From: Felis catus
Lineage: Eukaryota
DNA length: 64,000 bases
Assembly: GCF_018350175.1 (NCBI RefSeq)
Contig: NC_058368.1
Coordinates: forward strand, 235,292,001-235,356,000
Reading direction: 5' to 3'
Shown: positions 52,401-63,006 of the stretch, piece after piece
How the letters are laid out: the number at the start of each line of letters is the position of its first letter
How positions within the stretch are numbered: the first letter of the stretch is position 1
Translations under genes and position numbers: made by a program
Notes under the pieces: generated by a model
The model's database searches: none
What the model saw: the letters and a program-made list of their open reading frames with translations, nothing else
What the model was told of the DNA's origin: nothing

Positions 52401-55400
52401 GGTACTGGCCTATTTGAGTTCGAGAGAATGACATGGAAAGCGGTCCGTGTTTTTCTAAGTTCTAAAATGAATGCATAACAATAAAGACATTCGTCTCATC
52501 CACCGGCGCCTTTACAGAGCTCCCTTGTAAGTCATCTGGATCTTCGACGGTGTTAGATCTTTATTTTATTTTAATTTCTTCTGGGTTATTTTTCCCGTTC
52601 AGGTTGACAACTATCCCGACTCAATCTGAGCATGCTTTCCTTGAAAATGGCCCATTTCACAAACATGATCAGATCTGAATATAAATCTGTGAACTAAGTA
52701 ATTCTCTAACTGCAGTTCTGTTCCGGTCTTCCCAGTCCTCGGGCTTTTGTCCCCTCCTGTCTCGGTCACACCCGTCGAAAGGAGCTGTGGGCCCCACCGG
52801 CCTTGCAAAGATCCAGCTGTTCCACTTAATGGCCCCAAATCAATTGCTTTGTTTCCTACTTCGTTAACTTAGGTCCTTCCTTCCATTTTCCTTAGTCTCT
52901 GTTTTCCGTCGCATTTTCTTACTTTGTTATTCATCTTCTGTAGGTCTTGCTTTCTAGAATAATCACATAGGCCCATTCGTTCCTGTGAATGCCATACTGG
53001 CAGGATCGCAGAGACTTCAATACTGCCCTACTGTTTACTTCCAAAAGGGCTGAGTATTTCAGTTATTTTCTGTTATCCAAGAGGTGGTTTGTGTCTATGC
53101 ACATTTAGTTACCAGATAGGTTTGGTAAGTAATTTTCCCCCCTTTGGGCGAGGGCAGGATTTTTGTTAACATCTTATTAAATATCAGTATCTTAATGATA
53201 TATTAGGCTATAGTTCCTGTTGTCTAGTAGTCAACCTTCATATATGTTTGGAAAGTATTTTAAAGAATTCTATACGTTTGTGGTTTAAAAGGACTAGATG
53301 GAAATCACCAATCTACAATTATGAAATCAACGCTACCTCCTACTTTGTCTGCTTTTACAAAATCAACTGTTTCTGCGAAGAATACTAAGGCCTCTTATGG
53401 AAACAATGTGACTATTCCCTCTAGAATTTCCAGGCATTTTCACTCGATGCAGTTTCATGATTTTAGGTCTATGACCGTAGCATTTGCTTGGCGAACTGAT
53501 CAATCACCAACTGATCAATCAACTTAATCAACCTGGATATTCCCTTTTAATTCATGTAAACTCATTTCCAGGCTGGAATTACTTTTTGCCTGATCACGGC
53601 TTCAAGTTAGCATTTGTTTGAAACTTCTTTATCCATCCCTCCATATTCAACTCCATTTGATTTTAAAAATACTTCCTATGACATGCCAAAAACAAAGGTC
53701 ATGCACAAGAAGTCATACCCAACACCTGGAAGGCCTTTCTAACACGAATATCACGTGTGTGTCCTGCTCCTGAGTTTCCTTCAACTACTTCTTGCCGACC
53801 TTCTGTCCCGAGGGCTCTGTTCTCCCCTCCGAGAGGTCCTGCTGGAGGACCATGGGGACATCAACCATCTGGCTTTCCACAGTCGAGAGCCCCACTGGCT
53901 CAATTTCACAGCAGCGGCCGATGGGTATGCTCTTAGACTTTCTCTGACGACATTACCTCTATTTTTAACATTTTCTCCTCGTTCGTGATTTAATCCTGCT
54001 TCTTCAGGGTTCTTCTCCTTGAGTGTGGTGGCTTCCTTTCACATGCCTGCTGCCTCTCAGTTTCAAACGAAACTCGAGGCAGGACGTCTTTGAGAGCCAG
54101 CGTCTACTTCTTCAGCCTCCGTTTCCCTGGCGACAAACGCAGGGTCTCATCTCACGGACCTACAGGTCTCTACCTTCGGACGGAAGGGATGCAGAGTGAA
54201 CCAGTTACGAGGATTTACCCGGAGAATGTAAGTAGCCCATTTTCTGGGAACCTGAGTGGCTACCCTTCAAAGCAGCCGTAATTCCTCAATTTCCTGATTT
54301 CCTTACATCCACACCCACTCCGAGTGCCTCCTGTGCCACAAATGACACTTCACAGACCCGAACCCTGGGCCACAGCATGTAGACAAGTTCCAGAAACGGC
54401 TTGTGACATGGAAAGGCTACAAAATGTTCACCCTTGAATCAATCACCTGGCAAACCTGTCCTGTCCTGCTCTTTCTCCCACTCCCCGTGCCCCTGAGTGG
54501 AAGCAACATAGGGCTTCTGTGATAAAACTTGCTTTTTGAGGGCTGCTATTCTCTGTCGTTTTGGGTTTCATCACCAACTGAAGCCACCTGCTTTACGTCT
54601 TCCTCCACTGCATCCACTTTTGAACTCTAAAGGAGACTTCTGTGTTATTTTTTTTTCCCCTGCTATTTTTAATGGAACTCAGAAGGAATAAAAGGGAAAT
54701 GTGGCATTCAGGCAGACTTTTTAAAAATGAAGTCAACCCAATACTCCAACTTATGAATTCTTTCATAAGTATAGATGGCCCTTGAATCACATGGGGGTCA
54801 GGGGCACCAAGCCCCGGCAGCTGAAAATGCACATGTAACTGACTCCCCTAAAACCTAATTACTAATAGCCCACTATTAACCTGAAACCTTCCTGATAACA
54901 TAACAGGCAATAACACATATTTTATGTTATACACGTTATATGCTGTAGTCTTATAGTAAAGTAAGCTAGAAGAAAGAAAACGTTGTTAAAAACTCAGAAG
55001 AAACACTCACAGTGCTGTACTGTAGTTACAGGAAAGAAGAATACCCACATATAAGCGGATACGTGTGTAATTCAAACAAGTGTGAAGGGCCAAAAGAGTG
55101 CATTAACTGAAAAAGTGTTACTTGGGAATTAAATCCACCAAGGTCCTCAGTGAAATAATCACAGATGCCCAAAGACCTCACTTACTTAGAAGAAGTGAAA
55201 CGTACAGCAGACAATATGCTCAGCGTCACGGTGAGGGGAGGCAAAAGACCAAAGAAAAGAGAACACGGGGCTGGAGAGCAGCCAAGGGGATGCGGGGGGA
55301 GGGTTCGGTTTGAGACGGCGAGGCCTGAGCACATCAGATCCTCAATCACCCGTCAGCGCAGAAGAGAAGATGGGGACACCGGCAGCCGGCAGGTGGCTGC

Positions 55401-58400
55401 GAGAGGCCAGCCCAGCGTGCCCGCTGCTTCCCTGGGCAGCACGTCTGCCCGAAGCCTGGCTTCCCGCATGTAAGGGCAGGAAGAGCAGGGTCAGAGCACA
55501 CGGAACGTAGCGAGAGCAGTGAATGGCCAACCGGGGTCCGGGCAACTGCAAGGCGTCGACTATTAAAGCCTCAAGCCCAGGAAAAGCTGGTCCTACGCTC
55601 GGAATTAAAAGAAAAAAAAAGGAAGCAGAGACAAGGTAAAGGAGACTTCCGAAGAGACACTATCTACACGCCCAGAACAACACGAGTGGTTTCAGTGATT
55701 TCCGTTTGGATGAGAAATAACACGCTGGTGAATGAAAATACCATTAGTTACTTATTTACCATTTTCAATCCATCCCTTCCCGAGAAAGTGTGAGACAGGT
55801 AGAGCAGAAATTCACAATCTAGGTTTTAAAAGTGAAAAACAAGGGCGCCTGGGTGGCTCAGTCGGTTGAGCTTCCGACTTCGGCTCAGGTCATGATCTCA
55901 CAGCTCGTGGGTTTGAGCCCCGCGTCGGGCTCTGCGCGGAGAATGCAGAGCCTGCTTGGGATTCTCTCTCCCTCTCTCTCTGCCCCTCCTGACTCTCACC
56001 TTCTCTCTCAAGAAAAATAAAAGCGAAGAAAAAAGAAGGAAAGCAAATGGCCAAAGATCAAACAACAAAGAGGAAGATTAAAGCAAAAACTGCCAATTTC
56101 TCAACTTCCAGAGTTAGACCTTCTTGCCTACAAGGTAACACACCGAACGACAAACGCACACGGACGCAACCCCTCGCTCCCCCACGACTGCCCCTTTACT
56201 TTCCTGTATAAGTGCTGGCCTCCCCCAAATGCTTCTGTCCTCCAAAAACACAGCAGAGGGCTTTGACTCCAGTTTTCCTGCCTGACTTTAATAACGATTA
56301 TACATCTGGCACCTAAGAAAGCTTATAAATTAACTTGAGAAACTTCGTAAGAAAACTATACTTATTTACTGACAAGTATGGAAATTATATCTCTGGCAGT
56401 TTCCTTTTCCAAACAATACTGCTTTCTGAGTCTTTCATTCGCTATTTTATTTGATCAGACAGCAAGGTGGTAACACGTGCAGACCTGAGGGAGACGTAAA
56501 ACAGGACAGGACGCCTCGCACATGAACACCCGCTAAACCTCAGAATCTTCCTAATTACAGGTGAGAGCAGCGAGCCACCTCCCAAACCACTGAAATCACG
56601 CACAAGTAAAAAGAAATCTGTAATATACTCACTTTTATCTATGCTTCCGTAAGAATCGCTTGAAATTTGTGTTCCAATATGTCTCAACTCTAAAATCATG
56701 GAGGAGAAAACTGTTAATAAAGAACACTGCATGTCGAGCCAGGATTTTTAAGTAGGCATGAAGTGAATACTCACCCTTTGCAGTTTTCTGTTTAGAGAAT
56801 TCATCCAGCCGTTCCTGTGAAAACAAAAGGCTGCCAGTGTCTGTAGGGGACAGAGGGGGACACAGAGCGCAGGCGCCCCACACCCAATGTGAGACAGGGA
56901 GCTGAGCGGGTCCTGCGGACTCTTTCGTGGGGTGGCCCCGCTCTTGACTCCCGTGGGACCAGGACCCGCTGGGCTGGTGGACAGTACGAAGCCCCGAGGC
57001 TGGCAGTTCCCACGTGTGTGTGCTATTATCTGTTACCTGTGTCTTCCTAAATTCCTTCTCGAGTATCTTCTTCTCAGTCCTCAGTTGCTTGAAGTCCTGA
57101 GTTTGCTTAACAGCAGCCTCTTTCAAGAGTGCAACGGAGAGAGAGAACGATAATTTACCAACTTTACAACTACCATTCGCATAATACTCAAAATATAATC
57201 TGAGTTTTCCTTACTTCACAGAACTTTAACACAAATTTTGTAAGTCGCTGCTCCTTCAGCGTGTTATCGGTCAGGGATAAATGTAGGAACACTTCGCATT
57301 TACCCTGTTGTCTGTGAAACCACAGACTTGGCTCAGACCCTAAGACTCCTTTCCGATCCCAGCACAAGCCAGCCCGTGCCCTCTGGTCAGGCAAGAACCC
57401 GATACACATGAACTTTCCAGAAGGAGGGGCACTGCTCCCCCTTGCTCTTCAGCAAGAAGCAACGTTCACGCTTCAGACGTGTCAGAAGCGTGGCTTCATC
57501 TCGGAATAGTTCCTACCATTCTCTGTGTTGGGGAGGGGGGCGATCTTTGCCACACTTCTTCTATGTTATGCCTTCCTGGAGTTCCCTTCAAGTACGTACT
57601 TCTAGCGAGTGCCTTTGCTCTAGACCTACTTTTAAGGAATTGTTATAGTTCTTCCCTGGATCTTCAGCAAATTCTTCAATCTGGCTTCTGGTTCTGAAGC
57701 ACATGCTCCAAATACATTAATCAAGAATTTAGGGGAGCCTGAGTGGCTCAGTCGGTTGAGCATCCGACTTCAGCTCAGGTCATGATCTCGTGGTTCATGT
57801 GTTCAAGCCCCACATTGGGCTCTGTGCTGACAGCTGGGAGCCTGGAGCCTGCTTCGGATTCTGTGTCTCCCTCTCTCCCTGGCCCTCCCCTGCTCATGCT
57901 CTGTCTCTCTCTCTCTCTCTCTCAAAAATAAACATTAAAAAAAAATAAAAAAAAAAAAATAATCTAACCAGCATTGACTTCATCTGAATATGTTCAGACA
58001 CAACTGCCATGAAAACTAAACTCCCATAAACCACTGCAGTGATGAGCCATCCCTGACTGCTCCGACAAGCCTGAGCATTTCCTCACCTGATTATTATGCC
58101 GTATCACTTACGAGGAAAAAATATTTTTGTCACACGGGAAATAAAGGCTACACTTTTGCTTCAAAGGAAATCTGTTCTAACAGCTATACACAGTCTCCCA
58201 GGCATTTCAGATGTCTTTGAAACATTCCCTAAAATAGACACTTCTCTCCACACACTAGCAAGAGAAAGCAATACTTAACAAACACAGTCATATCACGTTT
58301 ACTACCGTATTGTCAGTGTTTGTGCAAAAACCCAATCAGAGGAAAACTTGTTAAAATATTTATAGAGTTTAAATCTAAAAATGTAGGCTCAGTCTAGGTT

Positions 58401-61400
58401 AAATTAACGATGAGAAATATTTTCAGCTAAGTCTCTTCTCTGTGCCCGATCCAACTACGTTGAAATTCTTGCTCCTCACTACATGAAAAATGAACCACGC
58501 TCTCTGAAGGAAGGTGGGATCAGCTTGATGAAACAGCCCACGCAGGAACGAAAGGGGGACGCGGAGACCCGCAAAGCCCCACTGGTCTCTCCCTGATGTA
58601 TTTCCGTGTCCCAACCACATAACGAAAGGGGAAAGAACCCAAAGGAAAGATCTTGAGATCAGTTCCTGAAAGGGCTATTAGCTGTCCCGTGAGGACTTAG
58701 CTGACCCTCTCGCGGTCCCTCTGTGTTCTTCCTACTCAGCGTAGAATGAGCCCGAATCCAAACACTGGGGCGGGGAGGGGGTCAGAGACAAAGGGATGAT
58801 GATCCCCAGGGCAGGCAATTTCTCAGAACCTTCCCACGGATGTGTCATAACTATCTAAAAACATCAAGTTTCCTGGCACCAGAAGTAGTATTTTCTTTCT
58901 AGTAACCTCTTATTTCAGGGAACAATGAGAAAGCCTCCTAAAACTCAACTTCCCGAATTAAATCCTTTTCCTGACTGCTGCTTTTGAAGGTGAAAACACG
59001 GGCCGCTCCTAGTTTGGGCCACGTTTCAGAGATTTGCCACACAGTATGCTCATATTCCTATTCCTCCCCCGGAAGGGAGCGTTGCCGTCGACCCTCCCGC
59101 TAATTGTGCCCTCGGCGCGGCCACTCAGGGCCCGCCCTCGAGAACCACGCAGCCACCGGGCCAAGCACTGCAACTCTGTGAAGTCACCGGTGGGACTGGT
59201 GAGAAGAGCAGTGACCCCACCAGCGAGGTGACAACAGTGCCCATTACCTTCCAGCTTCTTCACCTTGGCTTCTAGCTTCTTCTTCCTATTGAGACAATTT
59301 TATAAGTTAAAAAGGTAAAAACGGTCAGCTTTCAAACCAGAAACATGTACGTTACAATTCACGGTACATAGATTTTCTTAAATCGCTACAATTTACACAA
59401 CAAAGGCACGTCGGTCATGATCAGTCATGACGAGCCTCGCACCTCGACCACCGAAATCACCAGCAACTGTTCTGAAGGCAGAGGAAACCCAAGAGAGAGC
59501 GCTACGCGGCTTAGCATGCACTGGTTCTAAAAAAACTCTCTTTTCGCCAAGTCTGGGGTTTCCCGGAACTGCAGCGGCCTCGCCGCCAGGCTGAGCCGAG
59601 GCGTGCGGACGGGCTCCCGCAAGCGGTGCGGTACGGATGCGGGCGGGGGGACTTCTGGGGCCCACGTGCCGGCAGTGCTCACGGTCCCACGTCCCAGGAG
59701 GCAGGGGCTGCCGAGCTGCACCGGTTTTCAGACAGACTTTGGAGTCAGAGCGAGTGGGAAACTCCGAGAAACCGTCTCTGAGTAACCACCGCGTCAGGTC
59801 GACGTCACCGCACTGTGTGTGTGGCTCCCAAGCTTTGTGAGGAGCGGGGAAGTGACCAACTGGGTGCCTTCAGACAGCTCTTTTTATTAATGGTAACAAA
59901 GACCCCACCGCACAGGGCACAGGGCAAGGAGCTGACGGTCGTGTCTGAAGGCACACGGAGACGCGTGCATGCACGCGCAGACAGACATAAAAACTCTGGA
60001 GTTCTTTCTCTGTGCAGCTCTTCAACGCGCCCAGGCTTCTTAGTCCTTCTTATAACCTTCACGTGAGGTGTGACCTCCGTTTTACAGATGTGGAGACTAA
60101 GGCTGAAGGACCAACTCGTTTACAACCACAAGGTTAGTTACAGGCAACAACCCAAAGACAGAGAGACAAATGGTACCGATGGAAGCATTAGCTCTTTTGG
60201 AAAAGGAAAACCGTATTTCCACAGTTATCTTAACACTTACTGAGCATCTGTTTTCAAGCATTCTTCTTTCACACGAGCATACTCCTGATGAGTGTCCTGG
60301 TACAACTTCAGAGAACTCTGAAAAAAGATAACATATCTTATCTTATCACCATCAGTGATAACTTATCTTGACCTTGACCAGCAAAACTATTATCACTTAA
60401 CAGTAAGAAGTTAACCAGATGAATACATACATTAGGCAGGAAACCACCATATAATTCTTTGAACATTTTAATAAAGATAACCAGATCCTTAACGTAAATT
60501 TAACACGATTAATAGTCTCATCAAAGAAAGCTGCTAAGAATGTGAAAATGTACTAATTTTAGGGCAACTCCAAATCTCTGTAATACGGATTAGCAAATAT
60601 TTTGGTCTCAACCAGTTAAAATTCAACAAAATCTGGGGAAATTTTAGAGCTTAATAAATATAAGCTATCATTTTTACTCTACAAAAATATAAACAAACCA
60701 TTATACTTAACGATAACTGGGAAGAACGTGTTAACACCCATTAACGTGTATGTCCTGATGGCCAGCACAGAACGGGAAAGACTGTCACTGAGCGCTGTCT
60801 CCTACCACGTGCACATGCGGGGTCTCTAACTGCCACAGCTCCGAGAGGGGTTTCACGACCCCCTTGTACACATGAGGGGTCTGAGGACCCACAGCTGACT
60901 TATTCCTCTAGAGCCACAGAGAACGAGTGACAAATGAGGGCTTGTCACTGGGGTCTGACGCCAGTGTTCCTGCTTCCTCTCGGCTGTGGCTGCTGACACG
61001 ATTATGTGTCAGAGGCAGCCAAAATTCAATGTTGCGGCTGTTTCCGTTTCACCTTCTTCGCATCATTCAACACAGAATAAAGACTTTCTACAAAAGTATT
61101 ACGACCGGTCACTGTTGAAGCAGGTCAGACAACCGATCGGTGCACGGCATTGCTAGAACAGCACAAGGTGACGACTGGGAGGCACAGACACTATCGTGAC
61201 AAGGGCTTGGAGAACAGGCTGAGAAGACCAGCGTTGTCCCAGCTTAGCTACGACATGTCTCAAGCAAACCAAGCAACCAACTTTACTGGCCTCTGACTTA
61301 CGTTACCCATAAAAGCCATAAATTCTCTCCTAAGACTCCTGGGAAGAGTAAGCCGAAATTCATACTGAAGTGCAAGTTTACAGCACTTTTTTTGCACCAC

Positions 61401-62698
61401 CCCCCAGGTTTACAGAATTTTAAGTAAACTGCAACTTGATTTTGAAACAGAGAACATGATCTCTCTTCCTTTAAGTTTGAATGTTTGCTTTTCATTTTAT
61501 AACTAAAGCAAGACCAACGTGAATAGGCAATCAACGCAGGACACGCAATAGCCCTAAAAACCCAGAGTTAGCAGGTTCCTCCGGAGAACCTCAAAGAACA
61601 CAGAAGCCATGAACACAGCATTACAGGGCTAGCAATTGCCATGAGGACCAAGCCTTGAATCAACCCGTGCGACCTTCTCTAAAAATAGTAATACGCTTAA
61701 TGCTTCTTGACTAGCACCTGTTTCCTTTGTGAAGATGTAAAATGCCCCCTCATTCCAATGACAGTGAATAAGCAGACCTTAGTTTACGGAAGGTAAAGCT
61801 TTGTGGGAAAATCCCTTCAGGTACCTTCTTCTCCTCCAGCTCCGCTTTTAAAGATCCCAGCTCTTCCTGACATTTCTGCAGAGGAGAGATTTTCTGAAGC
61901 ATCTGTTCCACTTGGTGATGCAGAGTACTGTTCTCTCTAAAAACGGACAATGCGTTAGCATCAGTCGGCAAAAGTATCTCCAGCATGTTACTAAACAGAC
62001 CTACTGATGATTTCCTGGTTTCTCTAACTTGGAACAAAAAAGAAACAAGAGAATGTCTCATTTGAAATGCCTTCTCTCTATTTACATCAACATGACCTTC
62101 ATGCTGCCCTTTGTTCCTCTGACATGATAGTCTATTTCTAATAAAAAGTATATGAAACAGCTACCTGAGACACTCTAAGTCTGACGGAGAATATATTAAA
62201 GAACAATCTGTCAGATACTCTGGCTTTTCCGATCTGGAAGTCATCTCCATTTACTCAAACTAAGTGACGGGCAATTTTGTGATCCAGGTCATAACAATGT
62301 TTTGCCTTCTTCTAGGTGACGAATGTATTCAGAGTATGAGACACTGCTAAATGTTAAGTCCATTTAAAATTGTTTAAAATGCACAAGATAACCGCACTTA
62401 ACAGTCCAATTCATACAGACTACAACTTGATTAACCGTAAACTTCATTTCAATGGCAATGCCATGGGTTCAAGTATGGAAAAGTCAAATGCCAGGCTGTA
62501 ATTTAAGACCTTGATAGCAAATTGATTTGGATAAAAATGTAAATCTTCTTCTATTATGACCATCAAAGCAACATTGTATACAATGGATCAATCCCATGTG
62601 ACACTTCGATTGAGTCTGTTTAAAAAATCTAGTCTTTTAAATGTCTACCCCAAAACAACGATGAAAACAGGTAGCTTACCTTCTTGCAAACTGCAGCT
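22309..62698 (-). CDS. ICE1: ICE1 / KIAA0947 (little elongation complex subunit 1), 5'-partial spliced CDS of 16 exons, 6599 nt in window
   Basis: Translated exons match recalled human ICE1 throughout (LQFARR-ENSTLHHQVEQMLQKISPLQKCQEELGSLKAELEEKK...ETYFGEYTDSSD...HLAECLLHSILSELKIQK...DIPWGIQLAAVYALCDLSPSNPAEIS). Splice phases are compatible across all junctions and all downstream introns are GT-AG. Confidence 0.97.
23183..23378 (+). mobile_element. Older Can-SINE in the last ICE1 intron
   Basis: ggggcgcctgggtgactcagt...gactcttgatttccgctcaggtc head and body. Confidence 0.88.
23515..23613 (-). CDS. ICE1: ICE1 exon ~18, 99 nt, RLGQLGLKEGFPSAVKSISSVIGMFIQHAQDE
   Basis: ccccag|GTCGGTTG...GACGAAG|gtagga. 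Confidence 0.95.
29302..29408 (-). CDS. ICE1: ICE1 exon ~17, 107 nt, KELWPVMDKWIKYRKGHANIAYTPDIIIASILRLI
   Basis: tttgtag|TAAAGAG...CTGATTG|gtgagt. Confidence 0.96.
29545..29662 (-). mobile_element. Short (~118 bp) Can-SINE
   Basis: Reverse tRNA-like head; TSD agaa(a/g)agggacttct at 29530-29544 and 29664-29678. Confidence 0.85.
30735..31000 (+). mobile_element. Older Can-SINE with CA-rich insert
   Basis: ggggcgcctgggtggctcagttggttgaagtg head; A-rich tail. Confidence 0.9.
31664..31854 (-). CDS. ICE1: ICE1 exon ~16, 191 nt, NAPVDVGFMVSKLLL...WIWTHDNII
   Basis: ttgctag|AATGCT...ATTATAAG|gtacgg. Confidence 0.96.
32270..33150 (-). mobile_element. Ancient L1 fragments
   Basis: ttatccactcacctactga...ggggctgttcc...aatgctgctgtgaacac...ttggataaatacctaacagtgg. 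Confidence 0.6.
33286..33454 (-). mobile_element. Can-SINE (partial)
   Basis: Reverse body ending ...gaaccacccaggtgcccc. Confidence 0.88.
34779..34939 (-). CDS. ICE1: ICE1 exon ~15, 161 nt, FPESEKLTLFIANMWHDIF...AFLNWEK
   Basis: ctcatag|ATTTTCCG...GAAAAG|gtgagg. Confidence 0.96.
35430..36070 (-). mobile_element. Ancient L1 3' end (L1MB/ME-like)
   Basis: aaaatgcacccttttcaag...gaacatttccgtcacccc...gttcacccgtgttg...gaattttataagaaactgcc. Confidence 0.7.
36150..36560. mobile_element. L2 fragments
   Basis: ggacctctgcacatgccgcttcctctgcctgg and cactcattcaacagatact L2 motifs. Confidence 0.55.
37530..37698 (-). CDS. ICE1: ICE1 exon ~14, 169 nt, HLAECLLHSILSELK...ARLFCYSLLKE
   Basis: acccag|CATCTA...AAGGAAG|gtgcgt; in ORF 37477..37740. 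Confidence 0.96.
38838..43601 (-). CDS. ICE1: ICE1 giant exon ~13, 4764 nt (1588 codons), largely low-complexity/disordered
   Basis: tttttcag|GAAACCTAC...ACCAAAAAG|gtatgt; core of the 1640-aa ORF 38751..43673. Confidence 0.97.
45886..46298 (-). CDS. ICE1: ICE1 exon ~12, 413 nt, KPAKENPP...FFDEDLQAAVDFFRLPPPLLSPVPSPP...SSLAP
   Basis: cccacag|AAAAACCC...GCACCT|gtgagt; in ORF 45826..46311. Confidence 0.95.
47040..47790 (+). mobile_element. Ancient L1 3'UTR fragment (L1MC/MD-like)
   Basis: gtgggaaaaatctgaacaat...ggagaaccctggtggacgccacc...ctcttgccataaacac motifs; low identity. Confidence 0.5.
49011..49097 (-). CDS. ICE1: ICE1 exon ~11, 87 nt, KVKLLLKELWLCINTTHRLPGEGSRCVP
   Basis: tttcacag|GGAAAGTA...GTCCCAG|gtgaga. 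Confidence 0.94.
49917..50125 (+). mobile_element. SINEC_Fc2-like
   Basis: 18-bp TSD aagaatatgacactatgg at 49899-49916 and 50126-50143. Confidence 0.96.
50950..54150 (-). mobile_element. Highly decayed L1M (ORF1 end through ORF2 RT region), sense to ICE1, interrupted by SINEs
   Basis: Minus strand ...aaggaaggctcagagttgtcatcattgcagatgg... and ...gttcctggatcagagactc...aaagatgtggg resemble ORF2 FADD-region and WIGRL-region consensus DNA. Confidence 0.6.
51728..52164 (+). mobile_element. Two tandem Can-SINEs (51728-51928 and 51930-52164) within one TSD
   Basis: TSD caaaatgtgttgttct at 51711-51726 and 52165-52180. Confidence 0.95.
54772..55096. mobile_element. Tigger2a-like non-autonomous DNA transposon (TcMar-Tigger)
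   Basis: Degenerate TIRs gcccttgaa...gaagggcca; internal ctaatagcc...taaagtaagctag...tataagcgga match the recalled consensus. Confidence 0.8.
55843..56040 (+). mobile_element. Can-SINE
   Basis: gggcgcctgggtggctcagtcggttgagc head, CT tract, A-rich tail. Confidence 0.92.
56633..56689 (-). CDS. ICE1: ICE1 exon ~10, 57 nt, LRHIGTQISSDSYGSIDK
   Basis: attttag|AGTTGAGA...GATAAAA|gtgagt; in ORF 56442..56732. Confidence 0.95.
56775..56814 (-). CDS. ICE1: ICE1 exon ~9, 40 nt, ERLDEFSKQKTAK
   Basis: ttcacag|GAACGG...AAGG|gtgagt. Confidence 0.94.
57037..57119 (-). CDS. ICE1: ICE1 exon ~8, 83 nt, AAVKQTQDFKQLRTEKKILEKEFRKTQ
   Basis: ttgaaag|AGGCT...ACACAG|gtaaca; in ORF 56635..57126. Confidence 0.95.
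57732..57960 (+). mobile_element. Can-SINE (SINEC_Fc2-like)
   Basis: Full body, (CT)n, long A tail. Confidence 0.94.
59248..59285 (-). CDS. ICE1: ICE1 exon ~7, 38 nt, KKKLEAKVKKLE
   Basis: caatag|GAAGAAG...CTGGAAG|gtaatg; phase fits flanking exons. Confidence 0.92.
60241..60317 (-). CDS. ICE1: ICE1 exon ~6, 77 nt, SSLKLYQDTHQEYARVKEECLKTDA(Q)
   Basis: ttttcag|AGTTCT...GCTCA|gtaagt; translated by hand. Confidence 0.95.
60780..60970. mobile_element. MIR fragment
   Basis: gtacacatgaggggtctgaggacccacag...gagccacag...gggtctgacgcc, degenerate MIR core. Confidence 0.45.
61825..61936 (-). CDS. ICE1: ICE1 exon ~5, 112 nt, ENSTLHHQVEQMLQKISPLQKCQEELGSLKAELEEKK (coiled coil)
   Basis: tttttag|AGAGAAC...AAGAAG|gtacct; peptide visible in ORF 61750..62061. 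Confidence 0.95.
62680..62698 (-). CDS. ICE1: ICE1 microexon (~human exon 4), 19 nt, (E)LQFAR(R)
   Basis: Minus strand reads ttctttaacaagtttcac|AGCTGCAGTTTGCAAGAAG|gtaagc. The 5' edge is 62698 with an AC acceptor or 62696 with the AG acceptor. Confidence 0.85.
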
Positions 62699-62716
62699 GT
62701 GAAACTTGTTAAAGAA
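62699..62716 (-). promoter_or_regulatory. Putative U12-type branch point (TTCTTTAAC) and AC 3' splice site
   Basis: One mismatch to the U12 branch consensus TTCCTTAAC, ~10 nt from the acceptor, no long polypyrimidine tract between them. Confidence 0.7.
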
Positions 62717-62784
62717 AACTCTTGAGAGTTTTATCTACTGACACTTGTCTGAAGATTAAACTCACTTTAAAAGTATCTGTAATA

Positions 62785-63006
62785 GGGGCGCCTGGGTGGC
62801 GCAGTCGGTTAAGCGTCCGACTTCAGCCAGGTCACGATCTCGCGGTCCGTGAGTTCGAGCCCCGCGTCAGGCTCTGGGCTGATGGCTCGGAGCCTGGAGC
62901 CTGTTTCCGATTCTGTGTCTCCCTCTCTCTCTGCCCCTCCCCCGTTCATGCTCTGTCTCTCTCTGTCCCAAAAATAAATAAACGTTGAAAAAAAAAATTA
63001 AAAAAA
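62785..63006 (+). mobile_element. SINEC_Fc, very young, antisense to ICE1
   Basis: Near-consensus copy with intact CpGs; 16-bp TSD aaaagtatctgtaata at 62769-62784 and 63007-63022. Confidence 0.97.

Noticed and set aside
50950..54150. Possible processed pseudogene in the large ICE1 intron
   Set aside because: Motifs fit decayed L1 ORF1/ORF2 better; no cellular protein recognised.
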